DNA from: an uncultured Methylococcaceae bacterium
GTDB lineage: Bacteria; Pseudomonadota; Gammaproteobacteria; Methylococcales; Methylomonadaceae
DNA: 64,000 nt
Reading direction: 5' to 3'
NCBI GenBank assembly: GCA_903927955.1
Contig: CAIYOW010000101.1
Coordinates: 17,937-81,936, forward strand
Shown: positions 27,578-38,700 of the stretch, piece after piece
How the letters are laid out: each line of letters starts with the position of its first letter
Position numbering within the stretch: the first letter of the stretch is position 1
Made by a program: the position numbers and the translations under genes
The notes under the pieces: generated by a model
What the model was told of the DNA's origin: nothing
The model's database searches: none
Seen by the model: only the letters and a program-made list of their open reading frames with translations

Positions 27578-28834
27578 ATGAATCTAACCGAGTTAAAACT
27601 AAAACAAATAAGTGAAGTTATCGAAATTGCAGAAACTTTAGGACTTGAAAACGTTGCCCGTTCGCGCAAACAAGACCTGATCTTTGCCATCCTAAAAAAA
27701 CAAGCCAAAGCAGGCGACGATATTTACGGCGATGGTGTGCTGGAAATTTTGCAAGATGGTTTTGGATTTTTGCGTACCCCCGGTTGTTCTTATTTGGCAG
27801 GCCCCGACGACATTTATGTTTCACCCAGCCAAATCAGGCGTTTCTCGCTGAAAACGGGTGATACCATCAGCGGCAAAATTAGGCCGCCCAAAGATAATGA
27901 ACGCTATTTCGCCATGCTTAAGGTTGAGCAAATCAACTTTGAACCCCCTGAAAACACCAAGAATAAAATCCATTTCTCCAACTTGACCCCGTTATTTGCC
28001 AAACAACGTTTCGTATTGGAACGCGGCAATGGCACCAGTGAGGATTTGACCGGACGTATCATCGACCTTATTGCACCTATCGGCAAAGGCCAGCGCGGCC
28101 TGATAGTGTCTCCCCCTAAAGCGGGCAAGACCATGATACTGCAAAGCTTGGCACAAGCCGTGGCGGAAAAAAACCCGGAATGCTATTTGATAGTGTTGCT
28201 GATTGACGAACGCCCGGAAGAAGTGACAGAAATGGAGCGCTGTGTACGCGGCGAGGTGATTTCCAGCACGTTTGATGAACCACCCACCCGCCATGTGCAA
28301 GTGGCAGAAATGGTCATAGAAAAAGCCCGCCGCTTGGTGGAGCATAAACATGACGTGGTGATTTTGCTGGACTCGATTACCCGATTAGCCCGGGCTTACA
28401 ACACCGTTGTCCCGTCATCAGGCAAGATACTTACCGGTGGTGTGGATGCTAACGCACTCGAAAAACCCAAGCGTTTCTTCGGTGCCGCCAGAAACATAGA
28501 AGAAGGTGGCAGCTTGACCATTATTGCCACGGCATTGGTTGAGACCGGCTCTAAAATGGACGATGTCATTTACGAAGAATTTAAAGGCACCGGCAACATG
28601 GAGTTGCACCTAGACCGGAAGATTGCCGAAAAACGCATTTACCCCGCCATCAATATCAATCGTTCAGGCACCCGCCGCGAAGAATATCTGGTTGACCCCG
28701 ATACCCTGCAAAAAACTTGGATATTGCGCAAAATACTCCAGCCTATGGATGAATCAGCCGCTTCTGAATTTTTAATCGGTAAACTGAAAGACTTCAATAC
28801 TAATAATGAGTTTTTTGACTCAATGAAACGCTAA
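27578..28834 (+). CDS. rho: Transcription termination factor Rho (start at ATG 27578)
   Basis: [63 protein letters not shown]. Confidence 0.99.
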   Translation: MNLTELKLKQISEVIEIAETLGLENVARSRKQDLIFAILKKQAKAGDDIYGDGVLEILQDGFGFLRTPGCSYLAGPDDIYVSPSQIRRFSLKTGDTISGKIRPPKDNERYFAMLKVEQINFEPPENTKNKIHFSNLTPLFAKQRFVLERGNGTSEDLTGRIIDLIAPIGKGQRGLIVSPPKAGKTMILQSLAQAVAEKNPECYLIVLLIDERPEEVTEMERCVRGEVISSTFDEPPTRHVQVAEMVIEKARRLVEHKHDVVILLDSITRLARAYNTVVPSSGKILTGGVDANALEKPKRFFGAARNIEEGGSLTIIATALVETGSKMDDVIYEEFKGTGNMELHLDRKIAEKRIYPAININRSGTRREEYLVDPDTLQKTWILRKILQPMDESAASEFLIGKLKDFNTNNEFFDSMKR

Positions 28835-28891
28835 CCCTGTCAGCAAGGCTTGGCACTTTCCAGCGTTGGCAACCTGATTTCTCAGCACCGA

Positions 28892-29893
28892 ATGAGCCAT
28901 TACCCCCAGAAAATACCGCGTATCGCCATCACACCCGGAGAACCCGCCGGTATCGGCCCTGATATTTGCATACAATTGGCGCAGCAGCATTTGCCTTGTC
29001 AACTGGTGATTATTGCTAGCCCCGATTTGTTGCAACAGCGTGCCCGGCAATTGAATGTGCCGCTTAGCCTTACTGCATTTTCCGCTGATGCACCGGCTTG
29101 CCGTCAACAAGCCGGGTCTTTATGTGTAGTACCGGTTGACTTGGCCGAAGCGGTGCAATGCGGGCAATTGAACGCAGCCAATAGCCAATATGTGCTGACA
29201 ACCATCACACAGGCGGCTAAAGGCTGCCTAGATGGTCTGTTTGATGCGATGGTGACAGCACCCGTCCATAAGGGCATCATAAATGATGCCGGATTCAGTT
29301 TTAGCGGTCATACCGAATATATTGCCGAAATCACCGGCGGTCAACCGGTCATGATGCTGGCAACCGCTGGCTTAAGGGTCGCCTTAGCAACCACCCACTT
29401 GCCTTTGGCACAGGTCAGCCAAGCTATCACCCCCGCTGTTTTAAGCTCCGTTATCGGTACTCTCGACCACGATTTGCGCCACCGCTTTGGCATCAGCAAG
29501 CCCAAGATTCTGGTCTGTGGCTTAAACCCCCATGCCGGTGAAAATGGTCATTTGGGTAGGGAGGAAATTGAGGTCATCACGCCTGTGCTAGACAACTTCC
29601 GTCGCCAAGGTGTACATCTGGTTGGGCCGCTACCCGCTGACAGCTTATTTACCGCCAAATACTTAGATTCGGCGGATGCGGTATTGGCCATGTATCACGA
29701 CCAAGGTTTGCCGGTGTTAAAATTCAAAGGCTTTGGCCGTGCCGTCAATATCACGCTGGGGCTACCGATTATCCGAACTTCAGTCGATCATGGCACCGCC
29801 TTGGATTTGGCCGGCACAGGCGGCGCTGATGCCAGTAGCCTGCTCTATGCCATTGAAACGGCAGTTACCCTAGTTAACCACCACAGCACATGA
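28892..29893 (+). CDS. pdxA: 4-hydroxythreonine-4-phosphate dehydrogenase
   Basis: [45 protein letters not shown]. Confidence 0.97.
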   Translation: MSHYPQKIPRIAITPGEPAGIGPDICIQLAQQHLPCQLVIIASPDLLQQRARQLNVPLSLTAFSADAPACRQQAGSLCVVPVDLAEAVQCGQLNAANSQYVLTTITQAAKGCLDGLFDAMVTAPVHKGIINDAGFSFSGHTEYIAEITGGQPVMMLATAGLRVALATTHLPLAQVSQAITPAVLSSVIGTLDHDLRHRFGISKPKILVCGLNPHAGENGHLGREEIEVITPVLDNFRRQGVHLVGPLPADSLFTAKYLDSADAVLAMYHDQGLPVLKFKGFGRAVNITLGLPIIRTSVDHGTALDLAGTGGADASSLLYAIETAVTLVNHHST

Positions 29894-30693
29894 CTTTTCA
29901 CACGGCACGCAAGCGTTTTGGCCAGAATTTTTTGCATGATCATGGCATTATTTACCATCTTTTTGCTAGCATCCAAGCAAGCACTACAGATCACTGGGTA
30001 GAAATTGGCCCAGGACTGGGGGCCTTAACCGAGCCGCTACTAAAAGCAAAATTGAATTTGGACGTGGTGGAACTTGACCGCGACCTCGTTGCCCTATTAG
30101 AAAGAAAATTTATTGATTATCCAAATTTACGCATCCACAGTGCTGATGCGTTGCGCTTTGACTTTACTGCCTTGGCTGCTGGCGAAAAACTACGGGTGAT
30201 TGGCAACCTGCCCTACAATATTTCCACCCCCTTGATGTTCCATCTGCTAGCTAACGCACACTGCTTTCAGGATATGCATTTTATGCTGCAAAAAGAAGTG
30301 GTGGATAGGATTTGTGCCGGCCCCGGCAGCAAGAAATATGGTCGGCTGAGTGTGATGATGAGCTATTATTGCAGCACCGAATGGTTGTTTGACGTTCCGC
30401 CAGAAAGCTTTGACCCCGCGCCCAAAGTCATGTCCGCTATTGTCCGGCTGGTGCCCCACAGCCAACCGCCGGTTCAGGTCAATGATGTGAAACTGCTTAA
30501 CCGTGTGGTCACTGAGGCTTTTTCGCAACGCCGCAAAACATTACGTAACGCCTTAAAAAAAATTATCGACGAAGAAACCATCAATGCATTGGGCATTGAT
30601 GCCAGTTTGCGCCCAGAAAACATCAGCCTTAGCGAGTTTGCCAAACTGACCCTGTCACTAGAAAAAATGCTTGACTCAACTGCGGCAATCTGA
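29890..30693 (+). CDS. rsmA: 16S rRNA m6,2A1518/1519 dimethyltransferase
   Basis: [48 protein letters not shown]; ATGA overlap with pdxA. Confidence 0.98.
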   Translation: MTFHTARKRFGQNFLHDHGIIYHLFASIQASTTDHWVEIGPGLGALTEPLLKAKLNLDVVELDRDLVALLERKFIDYPNLRIHSADALRFDFTALAAGEKLRVIGNLPYNISTPLMFHLLANAHCFQDMHFMLQKEVVDRICAGPGSKKYGRLSVMMSYYCSTEWLFDVPPESFDPAPKVMSAIVRLVPHSQPPVQVNDVKLLNRVVTEAFSQRRKTLRNALKKIIDEETINALGIDASLRPENISLSEFAKLTLSLEKMLDSTAAI

Positions 30694-30801
30694 CATGCGA
30701 CAATTTGCCACATTTCCTTTGGCCGGACTAGCCGTTAATATAACAGCAACTCTTGAGATGCAAAGTCCCTTTCTGGGAGCAGAGTTGCTTATCCTTCTTC
30801 C

Positions 30802-30828
30802 AATGCGGCTTTTAGCCGCATTTTTTTT
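30802..30828 (+). terminator. Intrinsic terminator
   Basis: AATGCGGCT-ttt-AGCCGCATT with a T8 tract (30821-30828). Confidence 0.85.
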
Positions 30829-31231
30829 GTCCGGTTGGAACAGAGACATACCGGCTCTCACTTTTGCCCGTTATTAGTCGGTGCTTGTAGGCTAGAGTAA
30901 TCCCGTTAGGCCGCACCGACACATCTGGACACTGACAATAAGATTACAAGATGGTTAAGGTTGCCCCTTCTGCCTTTATTTTGTGGCTTTTTTGTGTCAA
31001 ACTGGCAACATAAATAAGAGCATTAATGGTAACACCCTGTAATTAATGCACTTACTACCCATTTGTCTGGCAACGGCAGCTTATCTTTTGGCATTACTCA
31101 CGGGATCAGTAGGTAAAAGACGCCTACCGACTCTTAAGAATGGACATTCCCACCTATTGCTCATGAAAAACGCAAAGCTTTCCTTTATGTCTGGCAATAC
31201 AGCCCGGCACCGTGCAGATAATTTAAATTTA

Positions 31232-32689
31232 ATGGCACTTTTAAAACTGCTGGTGATATTGCTGACATTATGCCACCCTCCCCTGTCCAATGCCGCTGTT
31301 GAAGAAGGTTCTGAAGAAACCGAAGATAACAACGATTTTTCTATGATGGGCACATTGGCTAAACAGGGTCTGCATAATATAGACAATGAACAATGGAATG
31401 CCTACGGGCAGGCAACTTACATCAGCAACGCCCAAGATGCTTTTCATGCGGCTTATAGCAATTTAAACGGCACACCCAATTCATTATCACCTTATGCACA
31501 ACGCAGTTTTACTGCTACTGTAACGGGCTATTTCGCATTAAGGGCTTGGAAAGGCGCGGAATTTTATGCAGTGCCTGAGATGATTTCCGAACTGCCGTTG
31601 TCAGGGCTACACGGCCTGGGTGGGGGCATACAAAATTTTGAGCTACAAAAAAACGGTACAGAAAGTGCCACTTGGTATCTGTCCCGGGCATTTTATCGCC
31701 AAACTATCGGATTGGGCGGTAATCTGATACACGTCAACTCAGGGGCCATGCAATTGGGCGGCAACATGACTAGCCGCCGATTGGTGATCACCGCTGGCAA
31801 CTTCAGCATTCTCGACATATTCGATAAAAACAGTTACGCGGGCGATTTACGCAATCAATTCCTTAACATGGCCTTTATGACCAATGCCGCATACGACTTT
31901 GCCGCTGATGCTCGGGGTTATACCTGGGGTTTAGTAGGGGAGTTTTATTACGACCAATGGGCATTCCGGTTCGCCCGCATTATGGGGCCTATTGACCCTA
32001 ACCAGTTGATGCTCAATTTGGATTTGCTTAATGCTTATGGCGACCAAATCGAGCTGGAACGCAAACATACCCTGTACGGACAGCCGGGGGCATTAAAATT
32101 ATTGGGCTACAGAAATCAAGAGCGGATGGGCAGTTGGACGGATGCCATTGCCGCTTTACAAAGTAATCCCAATAATAACGCCACCACCTGCACCACCTTT
32201 AGTTATGGCTCGGGCAATGCTGGCGCACCTGACCTTTGCTGGGCCAGAAAATCTAATGTGAAAATGGGCATTGGTGTCAATATGGAGCAAGCCGTCAGTG
32301 AAGATTTAGGGCTGTTTTTTAGGGGCATGGTGTCCGATGGCAAGACTGAAGTATATTCTTACACTTCTTCGGACAGCTCTTTGTCCATTGGTGGCTTACT
32401 GAAAGGAAGCCGTTGGGGGCGGGAAAAAGATACAACGGGCATAGGCTACGCCGCCAGTTTTCTGTCCAGCCAACATATTGCCTATCTAAACTTGGGCGGT
32501 ATCGATGGCTTTATTGGTGATGGCAAGATCAATTATAAACCTGAACAAGTGCTTGATATTTTTTATAAATACCATTTTATAAAATCCACTTGGCTATCTT
32601 TGGACTACCAGCACATCGCCAACCCTGCCTATAACGCTGACCGAGGGCCGGTTGACATCTATAGCGGCAGAGTGCATTTTGAGTTTTAA
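31232..32689 (+). CDS. OprB-like carbohydrate porin / high-affinity metal porin-like beta-barrel (ORF extends to 31046; signal peptide best from ATG 31232)
   Basis: Signal peptide MALLKLLVILLTLCHPPLSNA; GQATYI, NAAYDFAADARGYTWG, FYKY..DYQHIANPAYNADRGPV and terminal Phe (RVHFEF). Confidence 0.8.
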   Translation: MALLKLLVILLTLCHPPLSNAAVEEGSEETEDNNDFSMMGTLAKQGLHNIDNEQWNAYGQATYISNAQDAFHAAYSNLNGTPNSLSPYAQRSFTATVTGYFALRAWKGAEFYAVPEMISELPLSGLHGLGGGIQNFELQKNGTESATWYLSRAFYRQTIGLGGNLIHVNSGAMQLGGNMTSRRLVITAGNFSILDIFDKNSYAGDLRNQFLNMAFMTNAAYDFAADARGYTWGLVGEFYYDQWAFRFARIMGPIDPNQLMLNLDLLNAYGDQIELERKHTLYGQPGALKLLGYRNQERMGSWTDAIAALQSNPNNNATTCTTFSYGSGNAGAPDLCWARKSNVKMGIGVNMEQAVSEDLGLFFRGMVSDGKTEVYSYTSSDSSLSIGGLLKGSRWGREKDTTGIGYAASFLSSQHIAYLNLGGIDGFIGDGKINYKPEQVLDIFYKYHFIKSTWLSLDYQHIANPAYNADRGPVDIYSGRVHFEF

Positions 32690-32701
32690 ACTGCCATGTC
32701 A

Positions 32702-32722
32702 TGCCCGCAGCCATTGCGGGCA
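32702..32722. terminator. Hairpin between convergent porin and btuM
   Basis: TGCCCGCA-gccat-TGCGGGCA, 8-bp stem. Confidence 0.55.
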
Positions 32723-32759
32723 ACATCGGTCAATAAGGTTTTTTAAGCTTAGGTCACCA

Positions 32760-33320
32760 CTAAGAATAAGCAATTACCTCAGAGGACTTAAACAACTGGC
32801 TGATCAGCCAGCCTAACGCCGCATACAAAACAGTTGCCAGCAAATAAGATGGAAAATAATGCTGGGTGGCGGCAAGGTATTGGGCAAAAGTAAGGTCTGC
32901 AAAATTGCCAGAAAACCAATAAAAGCTGCTATTAGCAATAGCAAACGCGGCGGAGGTGGCCATGCATAATATGATTGCCGTCCGTGCCAATCTTGCCATC
33001 ACTGTGCCTGTGTGCAGGGCGCAGCTGTAACGGCCTGCTTGCCACATGACCGCATAAGTGGGCAATAAGAACGCATAAGCCGGGGATATGCACGCGCTGC
33101 TGGTGCCTTGGCTAATGGCAATAAAGTCAATGAAACACGCTAAAACCAACAAGAACGCCAATAACAACTTGTGCCGATAAAATCCCGCTAAGTAAAAAAC
33201 CGCCAATGATGCATCCGGCAGATGCAAGACGTCACCAAAATGGTGGAAGCGTGTCAGAACCATCAAGCCTATCAGAGCCAGCGGCAGACGTTCGGAAGAA
33301 ATCCATTGTTTTAGTGCCAT
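32760..33320 (-). CDS. btuM: BtuM-type solitary S-component cobalamin transporter
   Basis: TRFHHFG..HLPDASLAVFYLAGFY, IDFIAI, SACISPAY (the Co-ligating Cys of BtuM in the CxSPAY motif is kept); about six hydrophobic helices; directly downstream of btuB. Confidence 0.8.
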   Translation of the reverse strand: MALKQWISSERLPLALIGLMVLTRFHHFGDVLHLPDASLAVFYLAGFYRHKLLLAFLLVLACFIDFIAISQGTSSACISPAYAFLLPTYAVMWQAGRYSCALHTGTVMARLARTAIILCMATSAAFAIANSSFYWFSGNFADLTFAQYLAATQHYFPSYLLATVLYAALGWLISQLFKSSEVIAYS

Positions 33321-33381
33321 TATTAAATCTCGGTAAATTTTTTAAAATCGCTTTAAACGTTGTTATGAACAACCAGACCGC

Positions 33382-33441
33382 GTAGAAGCAGGTCATGCCC
33401 GCGAAGCGATTGAGCCAATCGCGGGCGTGGCTCGCTTCTAC
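33382..33441. repeat. GTAG-type REP doublet between btuB and btuM
   Basis: GTAGAAGC...CATGCCCGCGA / TCGCGGGCGTGGCTCGCTTCTAC inverted arms with GTAG/CTAC ends. Confidence 0.7.
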
Positions 33442-33453
33442 ACTATTGTAAAA

Positions 33454-35289
33454 TCAATTATTATAATGGACAGTCATGAAAAAATTTCTGTCCGCCATAT
33501 TGTAAGAATAGACCGTTTGGTAAATCTCATTGAACAGGTTATTGATCTTACCGCTAATAACCCAATTTTTGTTGATATGCCAAGCCGTCCGTAAATCTAC
33601 TGTAACATAACCGGCAACATTAACCCATGAGGAAGGGTAAGCATAAGAATTAATATCAGGCCGGCTATCTTGTGCCAGCACTTTTGCCCCAATATCAAAT
33701 TCCCCGATTGAACGCGACACATCATAAGACAGGGTTTTAGTGGCCCGCCGTTGCAAACGCTGGCCTGTTTTGGCATCCACCGGGTCAATCAAGCTGCCGT
33801 TGAGTTGCTGATGCCAGCCCAGTAAATCGGTGCTGATTTGCGCTTCCAAACCTTCGATGCGGGCTCTGTCAATGTTCACAGGTATAAAGCCCGACGATGA
33901 ATAGCCAATCAAGTTATCCGCGTCGGTATGATAGGCCCGCAGTTCCCATTGCCCTATTGCGTGCCCGCCTGCCAAACCTATTTCATAAGATCGTGATTGT
34001 TCCGGTTTTAGATTGGGATTACTGAAACCAGGATAGTACAAGTCGTTAAATGTCGGCGCTTTGAAAGCATTGCCAAAACGCGCAAACGGGCTAATACCGA
34101 ACGCTGAATTATAACGCCAACCGATGTTGCCGGTGACAAAATCACCAAACGCTTGGTTGGTATCCCAGCGCACCGAACTATTGACAAAATGATGATCGAA
34201 CAATTGGCTATGCAACTCAGCAAATATCCCCGCATCGTAACGGGAAGTCTCGGTATATGCCGTGTTGCTTTGTACTTCATCCAACCGATAATCGCCCCCC
34301 AATGTGGCTTGTTCACTGTCGCTTAAATGCACTTGGTTAAGCCAACTGGCGTTCCAACGGGTGGTATTGAAGGAATGTGCGAAGTTACCATTCGACAAAA
34401 AAGTACTCATATCGTCTTGGCTATGTCCTAGGCGCACATTGCTACGCCACTTATCACTGACATCCATTGCGCCAGCCAGTCCAAATGCTTGATTGACAAA
34501 GGCAGAATTATCAGCACCACCCCAAAAATTATTGTAGCGGTTGGTGCCTTCAGAATGCATCAAAAACCCCTCAACTTCGGCATTGTTGTCAAAGCGATGC
34601 CCAAAGCGGGCATTCATCGCAGTGTTTTGGTAGCCATCACGATGGTTGGGCTGTAAGCTGGCTTGGGCATCAAAGCCTTGCGAATTTAGGTGTGAAACAC
34701 CCAGATTATACCAATTGCCGCCCAACTTGCCGCTTACCGTACCAGCCGTTTGCGCGGTGTCGTAAGAGCCGCCGCCTGCATCCAAGGTAACCTTAGGCTG
34801 TCCGCTCTGGCTACCTTTGCGGGTAAAAATTTGGATGACACCGCCAACAGCTTCTGAACCGTATAGGCTTGATTGCGGGCCACGGATAATTTCGACACGT
34901 TCAATCTGATCAATGGGAATCAGTTCAAACGGTGTGGTGCCGGTGGTTGCCGAGCCTATTTTAATACCATCCAGCAAAACCAGCACTTGGCTGGTGCTGC
35001 TGCCGCGCATAAACAAGCTGGTGGGTTGTCCATAGCCGCCACTTTGGGCAACATCTAAACCTAAGCTGCCTTTAAACAAATCCGGCAAGGTGCGTACTTG
35101 CAGGCGTTCAATATCCTTGCGGGTGTACACGGTAATGGCAGTGGCCAGTTCTTTGGGGTCAGTTTCCGAGCGGGTCGCAGTGACCACGGTGTCGGGTAGT
35201 GCGGTAATGTTATTAGTAGAAGTGTCGGCAGCTAATGCCGTGTTAAAGCCGGTGATCAGCCATGCGCTGGCTATAATTTTAGTTTGCAT
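33454..35289 (-). CDS. btuB: TonB-dependent vitamin B12 receptor (start at ATG 35289)
   Basis: Signal peptide, TonB box DTVVTATR, plug IERVEIIRGPQSSLYGSEAVGGVI, FKAPTFNDLYYPG, INNLFN; directly under a cobalamin riboswitch. Confidence 0.93.
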   Translation of the reverse strand: MQTKIIASAWLITGFNTALAADTSTNNITALPDTVVTATRSETDPKELATAITVYTRKDIERLQVRTLPDLFKGSLGLDVAQSGGYGQPTSLFMRGSSTSQVLVLLDGIKIGSATTGTTPFELIPIDQIERVEIIRGPQSSLYGSEAVGGVIQIFTRKGSQSGQPKVTLDAGGGSYDTAQTAGTVSGKLGGNWYNLGVSHLNSQGFDAQASLQPNHRDGYQNTAMNARFGHRFDNNAEVEGFLMHSEGTNRYNNFWGGADNSAFVNQAFGLAGAMDVSDKWRSNVRLGHSQDDMSTFLSNGNFAHSFNTTRWNASWLNQVHLSDSEQATLGGDYRLDEVQSNTAYTETSRYDAGIFAELHSQLFDHHFVNSSVRWDTNQAFGDFVTGNIGWRYNSAFGISPFARFGNAFKAPTFNDLYYPGFSNPNLKPEQSRSYEIGLAGGHAIGQWELRAYHTDADNLIGYSSSGFIPVNIDRARIEGLEAQISTDLLGWHQQLNGSLIDPVDAKTGQRLQRRATKTLSYDVSRSIGEFDIGAKVLAQDSRPDINSYAYPSSWVNVAGYVTVDLRTAWHINKNWVISGKINNLFNEIYQTVYSYNMADRNFFMTVHYNN

Positions 35290-35419
35290 AAGTCCTCTTG
35301 CACCGCCCGTGCAATAGTTGAAAGTTAAGCGGCAGGAGACGATTGACAAAAGAAGACCGGTGCAATGGTACGGAAGCTTTGCAGTCTAATTCCGCAAACA
35401 GCCCTCCGCTGCACGAATA

Positions 35420-35605
35420 ACCTTTTAGGCCGGTCTCCGGACTCATAAGTGGCGGTTGCCCAACCATCGCCTTCCCATGCTTGCACAGTGGCGTATTGAT
35501 GATTGCTTACTTATTTACCGTTGCGGGGGCAGTGTTGGCTTAGGCATTAGCCGCACCAACTTCCCGTTTAACCAAACCGTGTGAGTAGCTTGGAACCTTA
35601 AAGGT
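35420..35605 (-). ncRNA. Cobalamin (AdoCbl) riboswitch
   Basis: Minus strand reads AGGTTC...TTAAACGGGAAGTTGGTG...CCAACACTGCCCCCGCAACGGT...GCCACTG...GGGAAGGC...AGTCCGGAGACCGGCCT (B12 box). Confidence 0.97.
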
Positions 35606-35755
35606 GTACCAGATTATAAGGATTTGTTGGGATAAGGCAACAGTTAATCCTAAATTTGCTATGATTAGCTGATGTTACATAGCACGCTGGCTGACTGTAG
35701 CCAAAGCCCCCGCTTAAACCGACGTTATTACCTACACCCTGCACGCACTTAAGGA

Positions 35756-38700
35756 TTGCTGATGAATGACACCTGCCACACCACCTACCTGGAAAGCGGT
35801 ATTGCTGTTATCCATTCCAACCAACTCGAACAGCTCGGTGAAGTACTGGCGTACTGGTTGCAAACGCACCCGCTGGCACCGTTGGAAAATGAGCTGGTGT
35901 TGGTGCAAAGCAATGGCATGGGGCAATGGTTGAAGCAAAGCCTGGCCCATAATGCCGCATTGGGGATTGCTGCGGCAATGACCATGCAACTGCCCTCGCT
36001 GTTTATCTGGAGCGCTTACCGTGCCGTGTTGGGCGCACAAATCCCTAAGGAGCAACCGCTGGCAAAAGCCCCGTTGCTTTGGCGTTTGTACCGATTGCTA
36101 CCCAGCTTGACTGCCCAAACTGATTTCGCCACCCTGGCCCATTTTTTGGCGGATGACAACAACAGCCGCAAGCGTTATCAACTGGCTGAACAATTGGCGG
36201 ATTTGTTTGACCAATATCAAGTTTATCGCGCCGATTGGCTGGCTGATTGGTTGGCGGGGCAGAATAGTTTACGCAATGGCCACGGCGAGCTGATAGCCTT
36301 GACAGACAAGCACCATTGGCAACCGGCATTATGGCGGGCGGTGCTGGCTGATTTAGATACCGAGTCGTTGCCTTTTGCCAGCCGTGCCAGTGTGCATGGG
36401 CAATTTTTGCAAAAAATGGACAAGCTGACCTCTAAACCCACTGGATTGCCGCGCCGCATCATCTTGTTTGGCTTGTCTTCTTTACCGCAACAAGCACTTG
36501 AGGTGTTCGCCAAACTGGGCAAATTTTGCCAGATCATTTTGTTTGTCCATAATCCTTGCCAACATTATTGGGCGGATATTATTGAAGACAAGGAATTGTT
36601 AAAAGCCGAGAGCCGTAGGCATACCTATAAGGCGGGCATGAGCGATAGCTTGAATGCCGAAGCATTGCATCTTTATGCACCGCCGTTGTTGGCGGCTTGG
36701 GGCAAACAAGGGCGTGATTATATCCGCTTGCTGGATCAGTTTGACCATACCGAAGCTTATGCCAACTGGCATTGGCCTGAGCAAAAAATTGACGTGTTTG
36801 CCGATTATGGCGAGGCGGGGCGGCGTAGTCTGTTACAAAATTTACAGCAAGCCATACTTGATCTGGAGCCTTTGCCCAACCAACCCCTATTGTTGGATAA
36901 GCTTGACGCATCGTTAGTGTTCCATATCGCCCACAGCAGCCAACGCGAAGTTGAGATACTGCATGACCAATTGCTGACTCGTTTTGAGGCCGCCCAACAA
37001 AACGGGCAGCCGCTTTATCCGCGTGATGTGCTGGTGATGGTGCCAGATATTAACCAATACGCGCCTGCTATCCGTGCCGTGTTTGATCTGATACCCCCTG
37101 ATGACCCGCGCCATATTCCCTACAGCTTGGCTGACCAGCAACAACGCGGGCAAAACCCTTTGTTGGTGGCGGTTGAAGCTTTGCTCAACTTACCTGAAGC
37201 AAGGTTTACCGTCAGTGAATTTTTAGATTTACTGAGGCTCCCCGCATTAAGGGAACGTTTTAAGCTTAAAGAAGAGGCTATCGGTAAACTGCACCAATGG
37301 ATTGAAGAGGCCGGTATCCGCTGGGGTTTAAATGCCGGGCAACGCAGCCAAGCCGTGGCGATGCCCGCTCATCTTGATGCCAATACTTGGCTGTTTGGTT
37401 TGCGTCGGATGCTGCTGGGTTATGCGGTAGGGGCAGGCGAGACTTTTAATGGCATAGCACCTTATGAGGAAATTGGCGGGCTGGATGCCCAATGGCTAGG
37501 CGGCCTGTGTTTTCTGTTGGATACGCTGGAGCATTACAGCACCTTGTTAAAGGGCGAATATAATCCGCTGGCTTGGCAAACACTGCTGGGCAAGCTATTG
37601 GATGATTTTTTTTGTGCCAGCGATGACCGGGAGCTAAAAACGCTCAACACATTAAGGTCTTGCTTGGCTAGCTGGCAACACCATTGCGAATTGGCCGGTC
37701 TGGGTGACAACGACTTGTTGCCTATTAATGTGGTTCGGGAAGCTTGGCTTAACGAAGTGGATGAACCGGCCTTGCATCGGCGTTTCCTGAGTGGCCGGGT
37801 CAATTTCTGCACCTTGATGCCCATGCGTGCCATTCCCTTCCGGGTGATTTGCCTATTAGGTATGAATGATGGCGATTATCCGCGTTGCCAGCCCAGCCCC
37901 AGTTTTGATTTGATGGGACAAAGCGGACAGTATCGCCCGGGCGACCGCTCACGCCGACAAGATGACCAATACTTGTTTCTGGAAGCGGTGTTGTCCGCCC
38001 GTGAACAACTCTATATCAGTTGGGTGGGGCGCAGCATACGCGATAACAGCGAACGCCCGCCCTCGGTGTTGGTCAGCCAATTACGCGACGTACTGGCACA
38101 AAGCTGGATACTGCCTGAAAAGCAGCCTAAACTACTGGAAGCATTAACGCTTGTCCACCCCTTACAAGCTTTCAGCCTGGCTTATGTGGCACACAACCGC
38201 GACAACCGCTTGTTTACTTATGCGCGGGAATGGTTTGGCGATAAGCCAGCAGAAGAATCCGGCTGCGCGGAATTAACAGGCCCGTCAGAAAAAAACCTCA
38301 CCGTATCGCTAGATACTTTGGCGCGTTTTTTAAAAGCTCCAGTAAAAACGTTTTGCCAGTACACGCTTAAACTTGCGTTTGAAGAAGAAAACCTCACCAG
38401 CGAGGATTGCGAACCGTTTGCATTTGATAAGCTACAAACGCATATCCATAGCCAGCAGTTGCTGGACACGCTAAAAAGCGAAAATCCAGACGATATTGAA
38501 GCGTTTTTTAGCCAGCAGCAAACTTCGTTGGCGCGCCAAGGTCAGTTACCGCTAGGCGGTTTTGCCAAAATGGCTTACCGCAGTATTGCCGAACCCGTCC
38601 AACAAGCATGGTATCGGTTCAATACGCTACAAACCTCGTGGCCCACTGAACTGGACGCGCGGGCAATCCAGCTACCCACATTCATGCTTGCACAGGGTAT

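Noticed and set aside
30880-30900. Moco riboswitch-like ACTCTAGCCT...GCACC on the minus strand
   Set aside because: The match is short, the stem order differs from the Moco motif, the 3' GGAAAGG element is absent, and no minus-strand gene lies downstream.
31046-31231. 62-residue N-terminal extension of the porin
   Set aside because: It is not signal-peptide-like as a whole; a conventional signal peptide starts at ATG 31232. The exact start is unresolved.
35017-35024. E. coli Chi (GCTGGTGG) near recBCD
   Set aside because: An isolated 8-mer occurrence is expected by chance, and Chi is lineage-specific; a genome-wide skew analysis would be needed.
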